From the human T2T-CHM13v2.0 reference genome, Homo sapiens, in NCBI RefSeq assembly GCF_009914755.1, contig NC_060931.1: a DNA stretch of 64,000 bases; one strand, written 5' to 3'. The position numbers and the translations under genes were made by a program. Of the stretch, positions 57,130 through 64,000 are shown in pieces (the first letter of the stretch is position 1; the number at the start of each line of letters is the position of its first letter). A model generated the notes under the pieces. It was given only the letters and a program-made list of their open reading frames with translations. It was not told where the DNA came from and did no database searches.

Positions 57130-57508
57130 TTAGATCAATACAATAGAAGTTTCTATCCGAGTAGAAAGTAGAATAACTTTTTTTAGAATTTATCAATTTT
57201 TAGAATTGCTGGTGCATTTAAATATAAAAATCTGTCTTTTAGTTGGTTTTATTACTAATTTTATATAATCATACAAATCCTTCTTGCTTGCACCTAGGCA
57301 GGCTGCTCTTTTATCTTCTTCTTCGGAAAGTCCATTGGAGGGAAGGAGGGAAAGTAATAAAATATATAACAAAAGAAAATAATTTTAATTAGTCTACTCT
57401 GATAGGTTGAAATCACAGAACAAAGTAAATGCTGTAATATAAAATCTAAGAGGAGGGCAATATTTTTCTCTATATCAAGCAGAGCAAGTATGCAAATAAC
57501 TACTGTAA

Positions 57509-57773
<265 letters not shown>

Positions 57774-60204
57774 ACCGAGTACCATTTTAAATGAATACAT
57801 ATGTACCATAAAGCTACTTTCCTAATGATATGCATCTCTATATTGATTTATTCCCCTGTGGAGAAGAATTAGCTTAACAGGAAGTTTCTATGAGTTTAAC
57901 ATACAGGCAAATACATATAGAACTATTCACAGACATAACAGATTTTTGAACATTATGCCCATTTTAACATTCCTACCAACAGAAATAGTAATTATGTTAA
58001 TACTAGGAAGGGGTAGTAGCTGTTCTGATCCAAAGTTTCTTGTGGGATGTGTTCTTGTCAAATAAAGTAATTGTTTGCATATCAAATATAGATACAATAT
58101 ATAGAGTTTAACATTTTTAATATAACATTTCCTAAGCTCTTCCTTATGCCTAGATGAATTTTTCTTTTTATTCATGAAGAGAATTGATTAAATTAAATAT
58201 CACTCACATACATTCCTGTAATCTAATTTTATGCATTTTTGAGGGAGTAGGAGTTACATAAAAGTAAATAATATTGCTTTGGGATACAACAAAGCTAATA
58301 GGAATTAATGATTGCTGAAATAGTAATAAATTAGCCAAAGCATCTGTGATAGATCAAAAGTCATAAGCATAATAATAATAATCTGAGATGCCACAAATTG
58401 CAATAATTACTATGTTCAAATTAGAAAATTATATGTTAATCCATTAATGAGCAGCAACTTTGAAATAAGTAAGAGTCTGAAAGTATGTGGATGTTTTGTG
58501 GAAAACTATTACTAAAAATTTTAAATAATAGGCATTTCATGAACATTATTCTACAGATAGCCACTCAAATATCAGCTATTCTAAGAAAAAAAATCGATTA
58601 ACAAAATATCTTGGACCTGCAGGATATAAGACACCAAATACACCAAGCTTGTAAAACCCTCCAGATGACTGGATGATAAAAAATTGATATGGACATGGGT
58701 GCATGACAACAATTACCTCTTGGTATCCAGGTGTTCCCTGCTTCTGTCTGCCAAAGAGTCTAATTTCTGTCTAAATCTGTCTTTAATCCCTACATGCTCA
58801 CATCAACTAAACCCAAACTCCAAGGAAAGAGACAACGTCTTTGAAAGGTTTTAATAACTCTTAATAATTTATATAATAATCTGAATATAATTTATATAGT
58901 TATATAATAATTTATCCGGTGCTAATAATTAATTCAATTATCATGCATTAATTAGGTGATAATTAATTTATCAGGTGTCCCAGGCTGCTTTAAGACTTGC
59001 GAACTAGGAGAACGCAGCCATTTTAGGATCCTTTTACCAAACTGTCACAGGACTCGGAGGACCTCGTAGATCTGTCTTTGAGAAAGACCCTGACTTTTCT
59101 CTGGCCCACAGACCTCCTCCAGCTAAAGAAATCAACTACTAACTGCTTAAAACATCCTTCCTTCAGCTTCCAGATTTCAAGCAACCCCAACACTTTCCTT
59201 TTGAGGCAGTCTGTTGACTATCTTTTCTACCAGATCTGTGATTGTTGGGAAATCCCAGTTTTCTCTCCTTAAATTCTTTTTTTTTCCTTTTGTATCATCT
59301 TCTTAAGTGATTCATCTGGTCCTATGGCTTTAAATGGAAGCAGGCCAATCCAAATTGGATCCGACAGATATATGAGTTTTTTTAATTAATTTAAATTAGT
59401 TTATATTTGAGATAAATTAAAATTCTAAATTGAAATAAAAACAGCTAACTTGGGAATTTAAATTTAATTTAAAATCTTACAGTCAATTAGGCTTAAGTTA
59501 TTTAAATTTAAATTTAATTAAAATGCAGAAGCATATGAAATGAATCATATTTAGGCAAAACATTCACTTCGTATATGAAGTACTGAAATTTTGATTTCTA
59601 ACAAGTTGCAATCAGGATATCCTGACTTGGTAGCAGTTTGCAGAAGGGTTTGACATGATAAGTTAAAACAGCCCAAAACAGCATAGCAGAAGTAAAGCTG
59701 TCCAATAGGAATTATTATCCTGGGTCATATGATTAATGCTCCAAGTCAGATTTGAAGTATGAAATCATGAAATTGTGAAAGAGGGCTCATAAAATAATGT
59801 AAGTTAAGATATGTTTCTTTTGAAGTGATAAACATCTGGTTACTCTTGCTAATACATGTTTTTTCACTATGTCTCCATCAGTTAGGCTGCCCCTTTGCTG
59901 GCTGCATCTTGCCTACTTCTAGAGTAAGGATCCACCAATTGCTAAATGCTCCCAGTGAAACTCCCTTAGGCCTATGCTATCTGCCTCACCACTAGAAACT
60001 TCCTGAGAGAAGAATTCCACAAGGAAGCTTCAATTAGAACCTACCACTCACCACTTTCTAAGAGCTCATCAACAAAACTCCATCTAGCCCCACATCCTTA
60101 TTTAGGGCAATCAGTACCAGAAAGCCAACCAAGCCTCCCAGTCCTCCTCGCCCCAGCTCTCATCCCCACATATCTCTGTATTGCCTCTAGCAGGCTTCCA
60201 AAGC

Positions 60205-60490
60205 TAGAGTTTCTCAAACCTTTTGTTAGTCCCTCTGAAATTACAGTCTGTCATAATATACAAAATCCCCAAAATGGTCAACAACTTCCAATTCAGGGAT
60301 CCCTTTTGCTCTGAGAGACTCCCAACCCATGGGGTTAGAAATATTTGGAGGAATGTCTGCCACAGTGGTCAGGAGCTCTCCCAGCATGTAGTAGACAGGA
60401 GTCAGGAATGCTAAATGGCCTTGATGGTTCAATAGTCCTGTAGATTTGTGCTGCCTAAAATGCCAAGAGTCCATATGGAAGAACACTGTG
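60205..60490. mobile_element. MER20-like hAT element
   Basis: agtttctcaaacc ... caggaatgctaaat..cctaaaatgccaagagt..gaacactg. Confidence 0.5.
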
Positions 60491-62719
60491 GGACTTCCTA
60501 GTCAGTAAATGAATGTTTTCTCACATTCTTCTCATCTGGTTGTTGTCTTGTTTATTATCATTTGTTTGTTTTATACCCAGTAACATTAAGTCTATTCTAG
60601 TAAGGGGATTTTATTCTTGCTCTTCATTGCTACTTCCTGATAATTTTTCCTCACTCCTATCTTAGAAAAACAAAACCAATCAAACAGGAGAACAACAACA
60701 AGTTATTTTGATCATACTAACACTAGATTATACCACATTTCATGTCTTTTTATCCACCACTGTATCTATAATAAAGCTGCCTGCTTTCAATACCCATGTA
60801 GAACATCCAGTCCCTTGATCTCAAAGAAAATGAAGTTATTTTCAATTCACTTCTACCTACCATTTACGTAATCTTGCTCTAGACTTTGTTACAATTTTTG
60901 TGCCACCTCCATAATCTCGACTTCAAGCTTCCCACACTCTGACTACCAAGTTCTATCCTTCTAATTTACTCCTCCTGGTACTTTCACCCAGTTTCTTAAA
61001 ATTAACTTTGAGAATGAGATCTGCTTTGAAGATTTCTTTTTTCTACAAGCCCTTTCACAATTGCCCTTATGAAAGAATGGCATGGCTTTATATCTTTTAT
61101 GAAATAATGGTCTACTTTTTGCCCACTCTAAATCTTTCTATTGTCTGTTGACCTGAAACCAAACACCCTGGTATACCATACAAAGGGAAAATTAAACTAA
61201 TGCTATAATGTAGGCATCATAAATATTTCTCTCAACTTATCTCTTTAAGTGACATAGTTCCAAAAAATTTACTTTTCACATTTAAAAATTATTGTCATCA
61301 ATTCTTTCATTCTGTACTAAAAATAGATATAACAATAAATTAATTTAGATAATATATGTTAACAATTAGCATCTTAGAATTAAAGAAAATATAGCATTTT
61401 AATTATATATATGTTTTTGTTATGGAATACTGTTTTAGAATTATCAACAAAATATTTTAGAGACATAAGTTCATATAATACTAGAGGACATTTCTGGGAA
61501 AGGGAAAGGAATATATATACAAGTTCAAATTGGAAAAAAGAATTCTGTAAAATTTCTGATGTAAAGACCTTGTCCATATATCACTGTAGGTTTTAAATTC
61601 CACTGGATATAGCTAAAAGGATGATATACACTGTAAGTATTTTTGAAGTGTATATATTTATAGTATGCTAGAAGTTACAACCTTTGCAACTATTTAAACA
61701 TATGGTAAAAAATTTTGTATTTCAACTTTAAAATATATGAGGAACTAAATGATAATTTTTTAAGCATGGGTCCACAGACAAAGGATTTGAAGACCACTAA
61801 TATACTCCAAATTCCCGTCGTAAGAATCTCATCTATATGTTCCTGACTAGTGGAAATCAGACCTGCTTGTAAGAGAGTAGAAGGATAAGGGAATTGATTA
61901 ATATTTATTAAGTACTTATTATCTGCTTAATGTCCTGAACTAAATTTTATATAGAATTTCCAAACAAGTGATACAATAACTATGAGATTATTATTCTTCC
62001 TTTCAGGAAAAAAAAAGAAGCAATGGCACGTAAACAAACTTCTCCAATATGTTAATCTGAGAAGGAGAAATGAGAATCTGGGTTGGGGAACAAGTTTGTC
62101 TAAATTCAAAGCCCAAATCAGTTCTACTAATAAATAGTGGGATTGAGCATTCTAATAAAGGATACTCCCGTGTTCCATCCTGGAGATTAATGCAAGATAA
62201 GGCAGGAGAATAAAGCAGATAGCAATCATATTTCATGTTTGCTATTGATAAAAGCGAATAGAGAGGAAATCTTATAAGTATGTGGCTGTAGTATGGATTT
62301 CAAGACTGGACCCCAAGAAGAGTGTGTCATCCCGTCTATCTGCTAGAAGATCTGAACAACCATGGCCATCCCTCTGAAAGACCAGTACCTGTTTCTGCAA
62401 CATTTGGAGAGAAAAGCAGAACAGAATAAAAATTTTCTGCAGGAAATCAGATCCTTAGGAGAATGGGAGGGAAGCTATCGGTGCTAAGGTAAGTGCAACC
62501 AGCTCTTGATCCCAGTTTTACCAATCAGTTAAATAACTTCTTAATCAGAGATTTATTGACCAGGCTTGACCTCCCCAGAGTAAAGCTACAGTAAGACAGT
62601 AAACTCACTGTATGCAGGTTGCTTGCTCCAAGTTTATCGCTTCTGCAAAAATATCTTCCTTCTGATCAGTCTACAGAGCCCCCAGGGTTTTTTTTTAATG
62701 TGTTTTGTACAGAGTTCTT

Positions 62720-63027
<308 letters not shown>

Positions 63028-63479
63028 CAGAGTTCTTAATTGCAGATTGTTTTATTAGAATCCCATGCCTCTATTCCACTGCGCTTAGACCTTATGATCA
63101 TCTAGAAGTGATTTTCCCTATGTTATCAAGAAGTGATCTATTTGTTTCTAACATTTAAATTCCTAATTTTCCTATATTTTCCATTAGCTGGAAAATTCAG
63201 CTTTTTATAAATTCATTTTATGTACATGTGACAGTGCATGTATGTATACATATATTCATATATATATACATATATAGTGTATATACTGTATACACATAAT
63301 TCTCCCTAACAAACTAATCCATTACATTAATCCCTTTATTTCTATATTTCCAACATATGCTTTATTATATATAATAGCAAGATTCTACTCATTTTCTCTT
63401 CATGTTTCTAGATTTAGAATCAAATATCTTACTAGTTATAAAACTTAAAATAGTTTTTCACAGAACACAGATATTTCTA

Positions 63480-63900
63480 GATAACTAAACCTATCAAACA
63501 CTGACAAATTTTTATTTTCAAAAACATACAGATTGTTCTTCTTTCTTGAATAATGGAATTGATAATATTGTTAAATTGTAGCAAATACAGCAGCTTCCTG
63601 GTTTTTTTCCCAACTTTAAAGGATATTATTCTGATTGGTGTTGCTTTGATGGTGCTTTTTAAGATAGTTTTGTGATTTTTTGGACAGTTTTTGGACATGT
63701 TTTATATTTGTTAAAAGGCTTATATAAGAAATGAATGCTAAATGAGGCCAATTCAGCAGTGCTTTAATAGATTAGATTAGAATTACTAGATTTCCAACTG
63801 TTTATTATTAATTCATTGGGATATTATCCTTTCATTATTCTGGGATAGAGTCTAATTTGCCATTAAGTTTTATTCTTTTAATAACCTGCTGTATTTGGTT
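63480..63900 (-). mobile_element. Ancient L1M ORF2 remnant
   Basis: Degenerate antisense ORF2-like motifs (cccaactttaaagga; taagaaatgaatg; ttctgggata). Confidence 0.4.
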
Positions 63901-64000
63901 TACTGTTATTTTACTTAGGATGTATGCAGCTTAATTTATGTTTTTGATTTCTCCCCACTCAGGCTGCAGGGTAGATGAGAGATAAAGGAAATAAGTCAGG

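Overview
Human non-coding genomic DNA; a consensus-like AluYb8, a human-specific subfamily, sits at 62720-63027. The window is AT-rich and CpG-poor, consistent with a gene desert or a large intron. I find no supportable protein-coding exon, RNA gene or processed pseudogene. The longer ORFs in the track are L1 ORF2 remnants, Alu read-throughs or (TA)n artefacts. The window is a layered transposon record: a full-length ~7.7 kb L1PB with TSDs, two twin-primed 5'-inverted L1PA insertions, short L1 3' ends, nine Alu/FRAM copies, an ERVK (LTR14-like) solo LTR, nested LTR/DNA/LINE stacks, and MIR/L2 relics. Subfamily names come from recalled consensus motifs and need RepeatMasker/Dfam confirmation. 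I see no convincing new biological system. The most unusual signals are DNA-repair or template-switch scars: a perfect 38-bp inverted duplication inside the L1PB, a 160-bp locally copied L1 deletion junction with a palindromic joint, and a split, inverted MST LTR next to a 20-bp inverted repeat.
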